A stretch of 64,000 nucleotides of DNA from the NCBI GenBank assembly GCA_023261545.1, contig JAHFOS010000002.1, positions 62,590-126,589 on the forward strand. The letters run 5' to 3'. Under the pieces are notes generated by a model. The model was not told the DNA's origin. It did no database searches and saw only the letters and a program-made list of their open reading frames with translations. Shown piece after piece: positions 36,309 through 45,955 of the stretch. The stretch's first letter is position 1, and every line of letters starts with the position of its first letter. Made by a program: the position numbers and the translations under genes. The DNA comes from a bacterium. GTDB lineage: Bacteria > Planctomycetota > JADGBV01.

Positions 36309-36696
36309 CGGGCCATTGTTATGGCGGCCATGGCCGTGGTGGTTGTGTGATCGTGGGTTTTGGGTGACCCCAGTCGATCGCAGGAAGGGTTGGCCGTAGA
36401 TTGACGACAAAACCGATCGGGAGAGTGGGGTTGGGCATTACATTCGGGGTGTTCACCGCCCAGAGCTTCACACGCAAGTGCGCCATGAAAGCCGGTGTTT
36501 TGGAACACCGGGGATGAAAGACCAATCTGTAATCCGAGGAGTCCGGGAATCTCGAACTTCCCGAATCGAAGCAACGGGAGAAACCCACAAATAACTACGG
36601 CGCATTTTACACTTTAAATTAATATGGACTTCAAGTCCATGAACCTAGGATGCGCCGCGCAATTTTTACGATTCCTGGCTCGCTCCTGCATTAGAA

Positions 36697-38109
36697 ATGG
36701 CAACAAAAATGAGAAACGTATGGGTGAGACCCCTCATGGCTGCTCTGCTGTTTTCCTGCGCGCTGGTGGAAGGCGCGCAGGAGGAGCGCGCCATCGAGGT
36801 TGATTTCGCCAAACCTGCCGGGGTGATCCGGCCCTTGAACGGCGTGAATGGCGGGCCTATCGTGACGCGGGGAGCCTTCGACCTGTCTCCGCAGTTCGCG
36901 GAACTCGGCATCCAGCACATCCGCCTGCACGACATTCCCTGGACCTACGAGGACGCGGTGGACATCGACTGCGTCTTCCCGCGTTTCGACGCCGATCCCG
37001 ACGATCCGAAGAGCTACAATTTCGCGACGACGGATTACTATGTCAAAACTATTCTGCCCCTCGGCGCGGAGATGACCTTCCGCCTCGGCTACAGCGCCGA
37101 ATGGCCGTTCCATCCTCCGATTCACAAGGCACCGCCGAAGGATTTCAAGAAGTGGGCCGCCGTGTGCACGCGCATCGTGCGCCACTACACCCAGGGCTGG
37201 GCCGACGGCTACAAATACAAAATCCGCGAATGGGAGATCTGGAACGAGCCGGACATCCCCTCTTTCTGGTCGGGAACCCCGGAGGAGTTCTACCAACTCT
37301 ATGAAATGACCGCCAAGGCGGTGAAGGCGCTGGACCCGGCCACTCTCAAAGTGGGCGGTCCCGCTCTGGCGGGAACCCACAAGTTTCTAGAGGGGCTGCT
37401 CAAGCACTGCCAGGAGACAAAGACCCCCGTGGATTTCGTGTCCTGGCACCGCTACGCCCGCAATCCCTTCGACCTCGCTACGGAAGCGGCCACCGTCCAG
37501 GCGCTCATGGACAAATATGGTTTTTCCAAGGCCGACAACATCCTGAACGAATGGAACTATTTCCCGGGCGATTGGGACCGCCAGCTCAAGGAGCCGGAAT
37601 ACCGGCGCGATCTCTTCGCTAACCAGATGGGCGGCGCGCCCGGGGCGGCGTACGACGCCGCGGCTCTAGTTTACCTCCAGGACTCTTCCGTGGACATCGC
37701 CGACTTCTACCAGGGCACCACCATGTTCTGGGGCGGCCTGTTCGACGAGTTCGGCGTTCCCCGAAAGCCCTATTACACGTTCAAGGCCTTCAAGATTCTG
37801 CTGGAGACGCCCGAGCGCGCGGCGACCTCGGGATCCGATCAATCGGGTTTCGCCGTGCTCGCGGGGATGTCGAAGGACCAGGCGACAGCTAATATCCTGA
37901 TCAGCAACTTCGGAGCAACTTCCAATCATTACAAGATCGCTCTGCGGGGACTTCCTGAAGGCAAAACCTACGACTGCGAATGGTATGCCGTTGACGGCAG
38001 CCGTGATCTGGGCCTCGTCAAATCAGAGAAACTAAAGCCAGGGCCGGTCACGATTTCCGGCGACGTAGAGACGCCCTCGGTGTGTTTGATCCGTCTGCGG
38101 GCGCGCTAA
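36697..38109 (+). CDS. Secreted clan GH-A glycoside hydrolase (GH39/GH5-like)
   Basis: Signal peptide MATKMRNVWVRPLMAALLFSCALVEGAQ. REWEIWNEPD is the clan GH-A acid/base motif NEP. TIM-barrel length protein followed by a C-terminal beta-sandwich. Confidence 0.7.
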   Translation: MATKMRNVWVRPLMAALLFSCALVEGAQEERAIEVDFAKPAGVIRPLNGVNGGPIVTRGAFDLSPQFAELGIQHIRLHDIPWTYEDAVDIDCVFPRFDADPDDPKSYNFATTDYYVKTILPLGAEMTFRLGYSAEWPFHPPIHKAPPKDFKKWAAVCTRIVRHYTQGWADGYKYKIREWEIWNEPDIPSFWSGTPEEFYQLYEMTAKAVKALDPATLKVGGPALAGTHKFLEGLLKHCQETKTPVDFVSWHRYARNPFDLATEAATVQALMDKYGFSKADNILNEWNYFPGDWDRQLKEPEYRRDLFANQMGGAPGAAYDAAALVYLQDSSVDIADFYQGTTMFWGGLFDEFGVPRKPYYTFKAFKILLETPERAATSGSDQSGFAVLAGMSKDQATANILISNFGATSNHYKIALRGLPEGKTYDCEWYAVDGSRDLGLVKSEKLKPGPVTISGDVETPSVCLIRLRAR

Positions 38110-38325
38110 AGGTGGCGCGCAAGGCCGGCTGCAGCTCATGAAACAGCGCCGGATACTCAGGATGCTGGGAGAGCCCGCGTCCTCAGGCCACTCCAGCTCA
38201 ACGTCCCGCCCTCCTGTTATCGGCGGTTATCAACCATTTAACTATTGTATTATGTATTGAAAAAATTTATTTTAAAATAGTATAAAGTCATGAAAACGTC
38301 TCGCTGAGTCACTCATGGCAGACTG

Positions 38326-38469
38326 GGCTTCCAAGCCAGGACGAATGCCTCTCGTTCTGCGTGGAGCGCGACAGACGGGAAAAACCTGGCTGATCAGGCA
38401 TGTCGGCGAGCAGTTCCATGGCGATTTGGCCTATGTAAAAAACCGCGTGGCCAAGTTACACGAATGCTG
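38326..38469 (+). pseudogene. Remnant N-terminal fragment of an AAA_14/DUF4143 ATPase gene (a fourth copy, truncated)
   Basis: MADWASKPGRMPLVLRGARQTGKTWLIRHVGEQFHGDLAYVKNRVAKLHEC followed by a stop. The Walker A block matches the three full-length paralogs. Embedded in an AT-rich non-coding stretch. Confidence 0.4.
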
Positions 38470-38600
38470 ATATAGAACAAACCATGCCTATCCGGTTGAC
38501 GCATCTACTCTCACAGGTAGTAGCGACCCTACCTGAAACTAAGGCAAGCAGACGCCTTGCGTTGTTAAGGGATAACTTTCAACTGCCGTTTTCAGGATGA

Positions 38601-40673
38601 TCACTTTTTGCCGCGATCCCTGACGGGGTTACTGCTGGCAACGGGCCGGACGAACTGAAGAAATGAGGCTTGGGGCCGGCCGTCGGCGTCCCAGAAACCG
38701 GCGCAAACGGCCTTGTTGAACCCCTCTCCTTCGGTCTCGGGCGCGTAAACCATGAAGTCGGGAATGAAATCGTATTTGTGGTTCTCCGCAAGGCGCGTCC
38801 CCCAAGGCAGGCCGCTGTTGACCGCTGCCACGCGCGCGCTTTGCCAGGGATTGCGCGTCACCACCCATAAGCCCGTGCCGGCGCGCGGCAGCTTTTCCCC
38901 GGCCAGTTCGATGGCTTCCCCGCCCACCTTGATGGCCAACGCCGACAATACCTTGCGCACCAAGGGACTCGTTTCGGGTTCGCCGAAGAGCACGAGGTTG
39001 AAGGCGTCCAGCACTGCTACGCTGGCCTGCCGTTCCAGCACGGCCCGGGGCCAGCCCCTGGCGTAGCGGTACCACTCGTAACGGCGCTCGTTGAAAGCGG
39101 CGCTGAATTCGCTTCCCGATCCGCCGTCGGCCTGCACAAAGAGAAAAGGATCCAGGAAGACCTCGCGCAGCGGGCCCGGAGCCGGGAGCGGCAAGGGTGG
39201 CGATTCCCGCGAATTGTTTTCACTCAACTGGAGGTTGCCCGCCACCGTGCAGGGCCAGCTCTTGCACTCCGCGGGCAGGAATTCGCGGTTCAAAACGAGC
39301 GAGCGCAGGCCCGTGGCGGAGATCAGGATCTTTCCATCCTTGGCTTCACCGGTAATTTTCTTGCGTTCCCCCAGCGGGCCGAAATCTTTTACGCTGACCC
39401 AATGCGCGCGGCTGTAACGCGGGTGATAGGTCGCGTAGTTGAAGGCGGCGGGAATAGCGCGCCGCAGGCCGGAAAGCCAGCGCCGCACATCCTCCAGCTC
39501 CAGCACCGCGGAGTGGATCCAGTGGCTTCCGTTTTCGATGCTGACGAAGCGCGCGCCCGGATGCGCGGGGGCGATGCGGCGGCGCGCGGCCTCGAACTCG
39601 CCGTAGGGAATCATGGTGTCCCTACTCCCATGAACGGCATAGACGGGAACCGCGGCAAGGTTCTCACCCAATTCGGCGGCGAAGTCGCCTTCGATGAGGT
39701 TGCGCTTCCAGGGCGGCAGCGCGTCGGGGTCCACGCCCTTCCAGGCATACCAGTCGGCGCGTCCCGAAATGACCAGGAGCCCCGCGAACAAATGGGGATA
39801 ATGCGCGGCGATATTCCAGGCGCCCATGGCCCCCATGGAGAGCCCGGAGATCACCACGCGATCCGCGTCAACGCCGTAGCGCCGTTTCATTTCCTCGATG
39901 ACGTTCAGGACGTCTTGCTCGCCGATGCCCTGGTAGTCGGTGTTGCCGCGCCCGAAAGGCGCGGCAAAGACGAAACCCAGATCGTCAGCCAGCTTGTAGC
40001 AGCCCTGGGGAATCATCTCCGTCCAGTTGTCCACTTCGAGGTAGGGCGAATAACCATGCAGGAAGACCAGCAGCGGACGGCCCTTCGTTTCTTCGTCGCC
40101 CGCGGGCAGGTGGACGAGAAAGGGCTGGAAGGAACCGTCGTTCTCGGAGCAATAACCCTCCTCATGAGCCCCCGGCTCCCGCTTTGGCGCCTGCTCCGCG
40201 TGGCTGATGCGCGCCAGTTCCGCGCGCGCCAGGGCGATCTCGTCCGCGACTCCCGCGGTTTCGCTTTCATCCCGGGAGCCGCGCTGCAACAGCACGCGCG
40301 CCCGACGCAGGTGCCAGCCCAAGTTCTGCCACGCCACGTCGGCGCTAGAATTCCGGGCTGGTCGCTCCGGAAACAGCTTGCTGAGCTCGTCAATCTCCCC
40401 GGAAAGCCGGTGGATGAGCGGCGCCGTCTCATCCGCCGCCGCCGGCGCCGCAACGGCGAGGGCGAACAGCAGTGCGGCGACGACCGCGGGTTTTAAATTG
40501 GGCCGACTCTGCGGCCGCCTGCTGGGTCCCCAGCGGCGGCCACTCCCGTTTCCCCTTTCCCAGGTTGGTGAGCGTCGCCAGACATCTCTGCTCTCCCTCT
40601 CCCGTCGGGAGAGGGTTGGAGTGAGGGTCTTGGAGATGATGAAGTTAGGAGAATCCTGAAATTTCGTCAACAA
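38601..40673 (-). CDS. Secreted alpha/beta-hydrolase (esterase/peptidase S9-like). The start is uncertain; the N-terminal approximately 60 codons translate a palindromic repeat element
   Basis: Nucleophile elbow GLSMGAMGA (GxSxG), and HGxxD-like VYAVHGSRD. Hydrophobic signal-like KPAVVAALLFALAVAAPAAA begins after the repeat-derived segment. Confidence 0.7.
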   Translation of the reverse strand: MLTKFQDSPNFIISKTLTPTLSRRERESRDVWRRSPTWERGNGSGRRWGPSRRPQSRPNLKPAVVAALLFALAVAAPAAADETAPLIHRLSGEIDELSKLFPERPARNSSADVAWQNLGWHLRRARVLLQRGSRDESETAGVADEIALARAELARISHAEQAPKREPGAHEEGYCSENDGSFQPFLVHLPAGDEETKGRPLLVFLHGYSPYLEVDNWTEMIPQGCYKLADDLGFVFAAPFGRGNTDYQGIGEQDVLNVIEEMKRRYGVDADRVVISGLSMGAMGAWNIAAHYPHLFAGLLVISGRADWYAWKGVDPDALPPWKRNLIEGDFAAELGENLAAVPVYAVHGSRDTMIPYGEFEAARRRIAPAHPGARFVSIENGSHWIHSAVLELEDVRRWLSGLRRAIPAAFNYATYHPRYSRAHWVSVKDFGPLGERKKITGEAKDGKILISATGLRSLVLNREFLPAECKSWPCTVAGNLQLSENNSRESPPLPLPAPGPLREVFLDPFLFVQADGGSGSEFSAAFNERRYEWYRYARGWPRAVLERQASVAVLDAFNLVLFGEPETSPLVRKVLSALAIKVGGEAIELAGEKLPRAGTGLWVVTRNPWQSARVAAVNSGLPWGTRLAENHKYDFIPDFMVYAPETEGEGFNKAVCAGFWDADGRPQASFLQFVRPVASSNPVRDRGKK
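40545..40625. repeat. Palindromic repeat element (~80 bp, core CTCTCCCGTCGGGAGAGGG). Related copies occur at 60835-60905 and 61310-61440
   Basis: CCAGGTTGGTGAGCGTCGCCAGACATCTCTGCTCTCCCTCTCCCGTCGGGAGAGGGTTGGAGTGAGGGTCTTGGAGATG is near-identical to CCAGGTTGGAGAGCGTCGCTAGACACCTCTGTTCCCCCTCTGCCTTCGGGAGCGGGACGGGGTGAGGGTCTTGGAGAG at 61350. Confidence 0.5.
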
Positions 40674-40688
40674 TGAAATTCCGAAGCT

Positions 40689-41242
40689 TCAAGGCGCCGC
40701 CGCGCGCCGCTGGCGGACGGCCTCGTAGAGGCACACCCCCGCCGAGACCGAGACGTTGAGGCATTCCACGGCTCCCGCCATGGGGATGCGCAGCAGCTCG
40801 TCGCATTTGTCGCGCGTGCCGCGCCGCAGCCCCACCCCTTCGGCGCCGAGCACCAGCACCAGGGGCGCGCGCAGGTCGGCCTCGTAGAGCGTCGCGCGCG
40901 CATCATCAGCCGTGCCCACCACCTTGAGCCCCGCCGCGCGCATGTCCTCCAGGGCCCGTCCCATGTTCACCACCTGGATGAGCGGCACGCGCTCAGCGCC
41001 CCCGCAGGCCACGCGCCGCACCGTGTCGCTGAGGCCCGCCGCGCGGTGGCGCGGCACCACCACCGCCTGCACCCCGGCCCCATCCGCGCTGCGCAGGCAC
41101 GCGCCCAGGTTGTGGGGGTCCTGAACGCCGTCCAATGCCAGGATGAGGTTGGCGCCGCCGCGCAACAACTCATCCAGATCGCGCTCGGCCAGGAAGGGGA
41201 TATCCCCGCCGCTGGAGGTGGAGTCCGCTCTATGGCCGCGGG
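40689..41242 (-). CDS. TrmH/SpoU-family RNA 2'-O-methyltransferase (short form). Start uncertain, likely GTG near 41240
   Basis: LILALDGVQDPHNLGACLRSADGAGVQAVVV (SpoU motif 1), LVLVLGAEGVGL (motif 2), IPMAGAVECLNVSVSAGVCLYE (motif 3). The track ORF N-terminal extension overlaps kdsA and is rejected. Confidence 0.6.
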
Positions 41243-42088
41243 TCACTTGGGTTTGGGTTGCGAAGGCCGCGCGTCGCTCACCACGCGATGAATCTCCTGG
41301 CAGAGGCGGAAGAGCGGTTCCACCTCGCCCAGTGGCAGCATGTTGGGACCATCGCTCGGCGCGTTGTCGGGATCGGGATGCGTCTCCCAAAAGAGCCCGT
41401 GCGCCCCCGCGGCCACCGCGGCCTTGGAGAGCGGCGCCACGTAACGCCGGTCGCCACCCGAGCTGTCTCCGCGCCCGCCCGGCTGCTGCACGCTGTGGGT
41501 GCCATCGAAAACCACCGGGCAGCCGTTCTCCTTGAGGATGGGAATGGCGCGCATGTCGTTCACCAAAGTATTGTAGCCGAAGGAAACCCCGCGCTCGGTG
41601 AGCATCACCCCCTCGGGCTTCACGGCCCGCGCCTTCTCGGCTACCCGGGCCATGTCCCAGGGCGCCAGGAACTGGCCCTTCTTGATATTGACCCAAGCGG
41701 GCGTCCCGCAGGCGGCGAGCACCAGATCGGTCTGGCGGCACAGGAAGGCTGGGATCTGAATGACGTCCAGGCGCTTCCCGGCGTACTCCGCCTCCTCCAC
41801 CGTGTGCACGTCGCTCAACACCGGCAGGTCGAACCGCGCGCGCACCTCCAACAACAGGCCCACGCCTTCCTCCAGCCCCGGCCCGCGAAAGCCCTTCAAA
41901 CTGGTGCGGTTGGCCTTGTCATAACTCGACTTGAAGATCACCACCGCTCCCGTGCGCTCGCGCACCCCCACCAAGTGCTCCGCGACGCGAAACAGCAGTT
42001 CGCGGTCCTCGATGACGCAAGGCCCGGCAATGAGGAAAAGCCGCCGCCGCAGGTCGGCGGGGTCCAAGGGAAGGGTGAGGTCAGGCAT
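41243..42088 (-). CDS. kdsA: 3-deoxy-8-phosphooctulonate synthase (KDO-8-P synthase)
   Basis: LFLIAGPCVIE, VIFKSSYDKANRTS, LDVIQIPAFLCRQTDLV and FDGTHSVQ are canonical KdsA blocks. Confidence 0.9.
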   Translation of the reverse strand: MPDLTLPLDPADLRRRLFLIAGPCVIEDRELLFRVAEHLVGVRERTGAVVIFKSSYDKANRTSLKGFRGPGLEEGVGLLLEVRARFDLPVLSDVHTVEEAEYAGKRLDVIQIPAFLCRQTDLVLAACGTPAWVNIKKGQFLAPWDMARVAEKARAVKPEGVMLTERGVSFGYNTLVNDMRAIPILKENGCPVVFDGTHSVQQPGGRGDSSGGDRRYVAPLSKAAVAAGAHGLFWETHPDPDNAPSDGPNMLPLGEVEPLFRLCQEIHRVVSDARPSQPKPK

Positions 42089-42460
42089 GAAAATTACTCC
42101 TGATCACAGATCATTTGAAGGCGTTCCGTAGTCGTCATCGTGGATATTCGACCCCATCCGACGAAATAGCTTCCGCGCTGAGACACCGAAAATCCCCGTG
42201 AAATCATTTTCGGTATTCTACGAAACGGCGGTCGAAATCTATCCGGCTAAAAACGTGGCCCGCGATGTCGCTGCCCTGGGCGGAACATTGGAGGTGCGTG
42301 CCGTCTTTGTCCGCAACCGCGGCAAGAAAAAGGCGTGTGTTGGAACTTTGCTGAGCCGCCGGGGCGATGCCACGAGAGAATGGGACTTTTACGAGGATGA
42401 AGTGGGGAATATCGGCGGAAAACCCAAACATTACGATGCCGACGAGCCTGCCCCGCCCCC

Positions 42461-43444
42461 TCATTTCATCCACCCCAGCACCTTCTCCACCCGCTCGCGA
42501 TACAATTCCTTCAGTTCCTCCGGCTCCAGGATCTCCACCACCGTGTCCCAGGTGAAGAGCCAGTTCATCAGCAATTGCGGGTTGCTGGTGTTGAAGCACA
42601 GCAGGACGCTTCCATCCTCTTCCACCTGCATTTTCTGGCCGGGGAACCATTCCCGTTCTTGGAGCACCGCGGCGTGTCGAGCCGCGAAACGCAGGCGCAC
42701 GTCCAGCAGCGCGCTTCCCGGCAGGGTTCCTATGGGCTGCTCCAGCAAAAAACAGGGGTCGAAATGAGTGGGAGGCGTGAAGTGCTTTTGGCCCTCCTTG
42801 AAGTCATGAATGCGCCACAGGGCGAAACAGCGCGGTTCGCTTTTGGCGATGTCGTTGCCATAGAGATACCAGCGTCCGCCATCGCAGACCAGAGCCAGGG
42901 GTTGCACTTGGCGCGGGCCGGTCCTTGGGCTCGCCGGCTTGCTGTAGGTGAAGCTGACCTCCCGCTCGTCCACCACGCACTCGGCCAGGCTCCTCCAGAG
43001 CGTGACGTCGAATTCGGCGAGGGCCGGGGGCCGCACCAGGATGCGCTCACCATAGAGCTTGAGCAGCCTTTGGAGATCGACGGAAAGCTTGGCGATGATG
43101 TCCTTCATGACGCGCTGGAAGACTTCGTGGATCGGGGTTCCCTGGTATTGTGCGAGAATCACTCCGGCGACATGGAGCGGCAGGACGTCCCGATCCGAGA
43201 CCACGACCAGATTCAGGGGCTGCGGCGGACTGGCATAGTCGTACCCTTTGCGGCGCTGGTTGTAGCGGATAGAGTGGCCGAGGGCCTTCATGTGCTTGAT
43301 GTCGCGGAGGATGGTCTTGTGAGAAACCCCGTAGAGTTTCCCGAGCGCGCGCGAAGATGGGAAGCGCCTCGTCTGGATCTCATTCTGGATGAAGTTCGCC
43401 CTCTTCTGCCAACGCGTCAAGTGAGCGGGCATCGCCGTCCTCAT
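42461..43444 (-). CDS. WYL-domain transcriptional regulator (winged-HTH, WYL, C-terminal extension; YafY/BrxR/CapW-like)
   Basis: N-terminal HTH LGKLYGVSHKTILRDIKHMKALGHSI. WYL motif LVCDGGRWYLYGND. ATG chosen at 43444 (MRTAMPAHL). Confidence 0.75.
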   Translation of the reverse strand: MRTAMPAHLTRWQKRANFIQNEIQTRRFPSSRALGKLYGVSHKTILRDIKHMKALGHSIRYNQRRKGYDYASPPQPLNLVVVSDRDVLPLHVAGVILAQYQGTPIHEVFQRVMKDIIAKLSVDLQRLLKLYGERILVRPPALAEFDVTLWRSLAECVVDEREVSFTYSKPASPRTGPRQVQPLALVCDGGRWYLYGNDIAKSEPRCFALWRIHDFKEGQKHFTPPTHFDPCFLLEQPIGTLPGSALLDVRLRFAARHAAVLQEREWFPGQKMQVEEDGSVLLCFNTSNPQLLMNWLFTWDTVVEILEPEELKELYRERVEKVLGWMK

Positions 43445-43642
43445 GGGAGTGTCATCTTTATTGTATTTGGATGCACTCACTGCAATCACGGCGCGTCGCC
43501 ACGGCGGGAAAAATCCGTCGCCGACCGCCAATCTCTTTATGAAAAAATACTAAAAATTCTCTCATTAAAAGAATTTCGCTCGCATGTCTCAGCCGCTGGG
43601 ACAGCGCGCGGCGCTGGGCGCGGATCCTCTTAGAAGGGCGTG

Positions 43643-45268
43643 CTAGAACTGCTGCTGCGGATAGGCGCGGACCGGGCTGAAGCGCTCCCAGTGCGTCAGC
43701 ATGTAATCCGTCAGGCAATTGCCGGTCGGCTGGGGGTTCACGCGCGGGTCGGGAAGGCGGATGACCAAACCGGCCTGGGAGTGCAGGATGACGCGATGCA
43801 GGCAGGATGAAGACGTGGTCAAGAGCTGTTTGAAACCGCTGCGACTCGCGCAGGCGCAGTGCAGGTGCTGATCCTCCGCGTCAAACCGGGAAAGATCGCG
43901 GCGGCGCCCGGCGCCATACCAGGTGGTGGGCCCATCGTGAAGCTTCAGGTGATAGGGCGAAGGGTAGAGCAGTTTCCCGCTGCCGGGACGCAGCCGCGGG
44001 CTCAACATCCCCGCGTCCTGGCAGGCCATGTCCAGCAGCGACTCCCAGGAGTCGCGCGCGATGCCGTCCAGCCGCCACAGCTTGAGCGCCCCGCGCAAAT
44101 TCGAAATGGCATTCAGCAAGAACAGGCTCTGCGGGTCTTCCCGCGATCCCGACCCATCCATGCGCGCCCGCAATGCCGCGGATGCTTTTTCCAATCGCGA
44201 CAGCATCCAGGGAACCTCCAGCCCTTGCTGCGGGTCGAAACCCGGGGTGTTCGACCAGTATTCCAAGGCATCGTCATCGCCGGTGTAGCGATATCCCCAT
44301 TTCCCGGGCGCGACCTCGACCAGCTCCCCGCCACCACCCTTTTCCGGGCTTCCGCCGCCTTTCTCAGCGGTCGTCCTGCGATGACGCGCTTTCGCCCCGG
44401 AGCCGCACTGGAAAAGCATCCGCTCTCCGGCCAGCCAACGACTCCTAGCCTGGGCTCCGAAGGTGCTCCAGGGCATCTCCCGGAAATACCACAGCGTCAC
44501 CAGCGCCGGGAGCCCGAAGGCGGTGGCCAGTTCCGGGGATATGTCCGACGCAGACTGGCAGACGACCGCCCCCGGAGCCGCCGCTCTCGTCAGCCAGGCT
44601 GGCAGCGGCACGCTCGTTTCCCGCTCCAAGTCGGCTTCGATGCGAAAACTGCCGTCGCAAGCCAGGTCGGGAAACTCGTGGCTGTTTCCGCTCGCGTGCC
44701 CCAGGACTTTCCCCAGATCGACGTCGCTCCGCCATGGAAGGGTCTGCGACGAGACGATGGCGCAGCCGCCGCGCAACATGGCGTCGAAAAAATCCCGCCA
44801 CCACGGGGGCATCGGGCTATCGGAAACCAGCTCAACGGTCGAGATCTTCTTCGCCAGATCCTCGATGCGCCCGACGGTGCGTTGCATCCTTGCCGCCATT
44901 CCCGGCGGCAGGGCCGCGCCCAGCTTTTCCATCGCATCATCCGGCAGCGTCCCCTCGCGCGCCGCGTAGGCGTGCGCGGAGCCGGGAGCGAAGACGCCCT
45001 GCAACTCCCGGGCGTCGGATGCGCCGACCGCTTCGGCGGCCACCCGAAACGGGTCGCGCGTGCCTGGGAAAGCATCGCGGATCCAGTTCATGGCCATCAC
45101 CACCCGAGCGGCCTGCGGCACCCATACACTTTGCAGGCCCAGGAGCTTGACGACCAGGTTCATGAAGCTCATGGGGGTATAAACCGGCTTAGGCTGAATC
45201 GAGGGTTTGGCGAATTTGACGATGTGCGAGGTGACATAGTCCTGGGTGTGAGAAAAATATACTTTCAT
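43643..45268 (-). CDS. Hypothetical protein (541 aa) of unknown family. Its C-terminal ~45 aa are paralogous to the fragment at 50188-50427
   Basis: Complete ORF, translationally coupled (ATGA overlap) to the upstream 45265 gene. C-terminus SSCLHRVILHSQAGLVIRLPDPRVNPQPTGNCLTDYMLTHWERFSPV matches SSCLRHVILHSMSRLALRLPDPARNAPRPWNCMEGYLRRHWDRVHPV at 50188-50427. Confidence 0.55.
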   Translation of the reverse strand: MKVYFSHTQDYVTSHIVKFAKPSIQPKPVYTPMSFMNLVVKLLGLQSVWVPQAARVVMAMNWIRDAFPGTRDPFRVAAEAVGASDARELQGVFAPGSAHAYAAREGTLPDDAMEKLGAALPPGMAARMQRTVGRIEDLAKKISTVELVSDSPMPPWWRDFFDAMLRGGCAIVSSQTLPWRSDVDLGKVLGHASGNSHEFPDLACDGSFRIEADLERETSVPLPAWLTRAAAPGAVVCQSASDISPELATAFGLPALVTLWYFREMPWSTFGAQARSRWLAGERMLFQCGSGAKARHRRTTAEKGGGSPEKGGGGELVEVAPGKWGYRYTGDDDALEYWSNTPGFDPQQGLEVPWMLSRLEKASAALRARMDGSGSREDPQSLFLLNAISNLRGALKLWRLDGIARDSWESLLDMACQDAGMLSPRLRPGSGKLLYPSPYHLKLHDGPTTWYGAGRRRDLSRFDAEDQHLHCACASRSGFKQLLTTSSSCLHRVILHSQAGLVIRLPDPRVNPQPTGNCLTDYMLTHWERFSPVRAYPQQQF

Positions 45269-45732
45269 GTCGAAGCCTTTTTAGATGAAGTTCGGGGAGG
45301 CGCCTGGAGGATGCCCGCCTTCTGGGCGGCCGCTATGACAAGCTCGCGCGGTAGTGGCGCCGTCAGCCGGAAGGAGTAGTCCGAGTTGAACGGCTCCGGG
45401 TTGCGCCAAGCACGGAAGTACATGGCGGGCACGTGTTTAAGGAGCTGCTCCATGACGATAAGCGAGAAAATTTCCGGCTTCCGGGCCAGCATAGGCGGGC
45501 CGTTCCTGGCCAATTCGTGGTTGTAGCAATGCACGGCTATTCTGAGCGTGAAACGCTCGAGGTCGAATAGCTCGACCTCGTCGGGAAGGTCGGTCAGGCC
45601 TTCCGACAGGAGTTTGTCGTAGAAGCGGTTTAGATGATGGGCATGGGTGTCGGCGCAGGCTGTGGAGCAATAGAAGCCAGCGGGGTCTATGTAGCCGGAG
45701 GAAAACTTCTGGTGGCAGTTATGGCAGTTCAT
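45265..45732 (-). CDS. Hypothetical zinc-ribbon protein (about 155 aa from MNCHNCH; the track ORF extends to 45819)
   Basis: MNCHNCHQKF...YCSTACADTHAHH has a CxxC...CxxxC arrangement. The start at 45732 is preferred because the longer form would begin inside the upstream palindrome. Confidence 0.5.
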   Translation of the reverse strand: MNCHNCHQKFSSGYIDPAGFYCSTACADTHAHHLNRFYDKLLSEGLTDLPDEVELFDLERFTLRIAVHCYNHELARNGPPMLARKPEIFSLIVMEQLLKHVPAMYFRAWRNPEPFNSDYSFRLTAPLPRELVIAAAQKAGILQAPPRTSSKKAST

Positions 45733-45748
45733 GGGTGGGGGGGTGGCA

Positions 45749-45866
45749 GGGCTTACGCATCTAATTTTTTCATCAATAAAATCAATGGGTTGAAAAGTGG
45801 TCGTGGCAGAAAATCGCATAAAAATATGTCAAAACAAAGGCGAATTCAATTTAGATGCGTAAGCCC
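45749..45866. promoter_or_regulatory. Palindromic candidate operator (16-bp inverted arms, ~86-bp AT-rich spacer) immediately upstream of the 45732 operon
   Basis: GGGCTTACGCATCTAA ... TTAGATGCGTAAGCCC is a perfect inverted repeat. The spacer (ttcatcaataaaatcaatgggttgaaaagtggtcgtggcagaaaatcgcataaaaatatg) contains -10-like motifs. Confidence 0.4.
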
Positions 45867-45955
45867 TGGGGGGGTGGGATGTGGGGAGGCGGGGGCGCGT
45901 TGACGAGGTGAGGGCGGGGGGTATGGTGGGGATTTAAGTTGATGAGGGGGCAGGC

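Noticed and set aside
36278-36588. Two overlapping minus-strand ORFs (98 and 89 aa) in the long gap upstream of the GH39-like gene
   Set aside because: Their Cys/Trp/Pro/His-rich products have no coding-like periodicity. The region is more likely non-coding regulatory or RNA sequence
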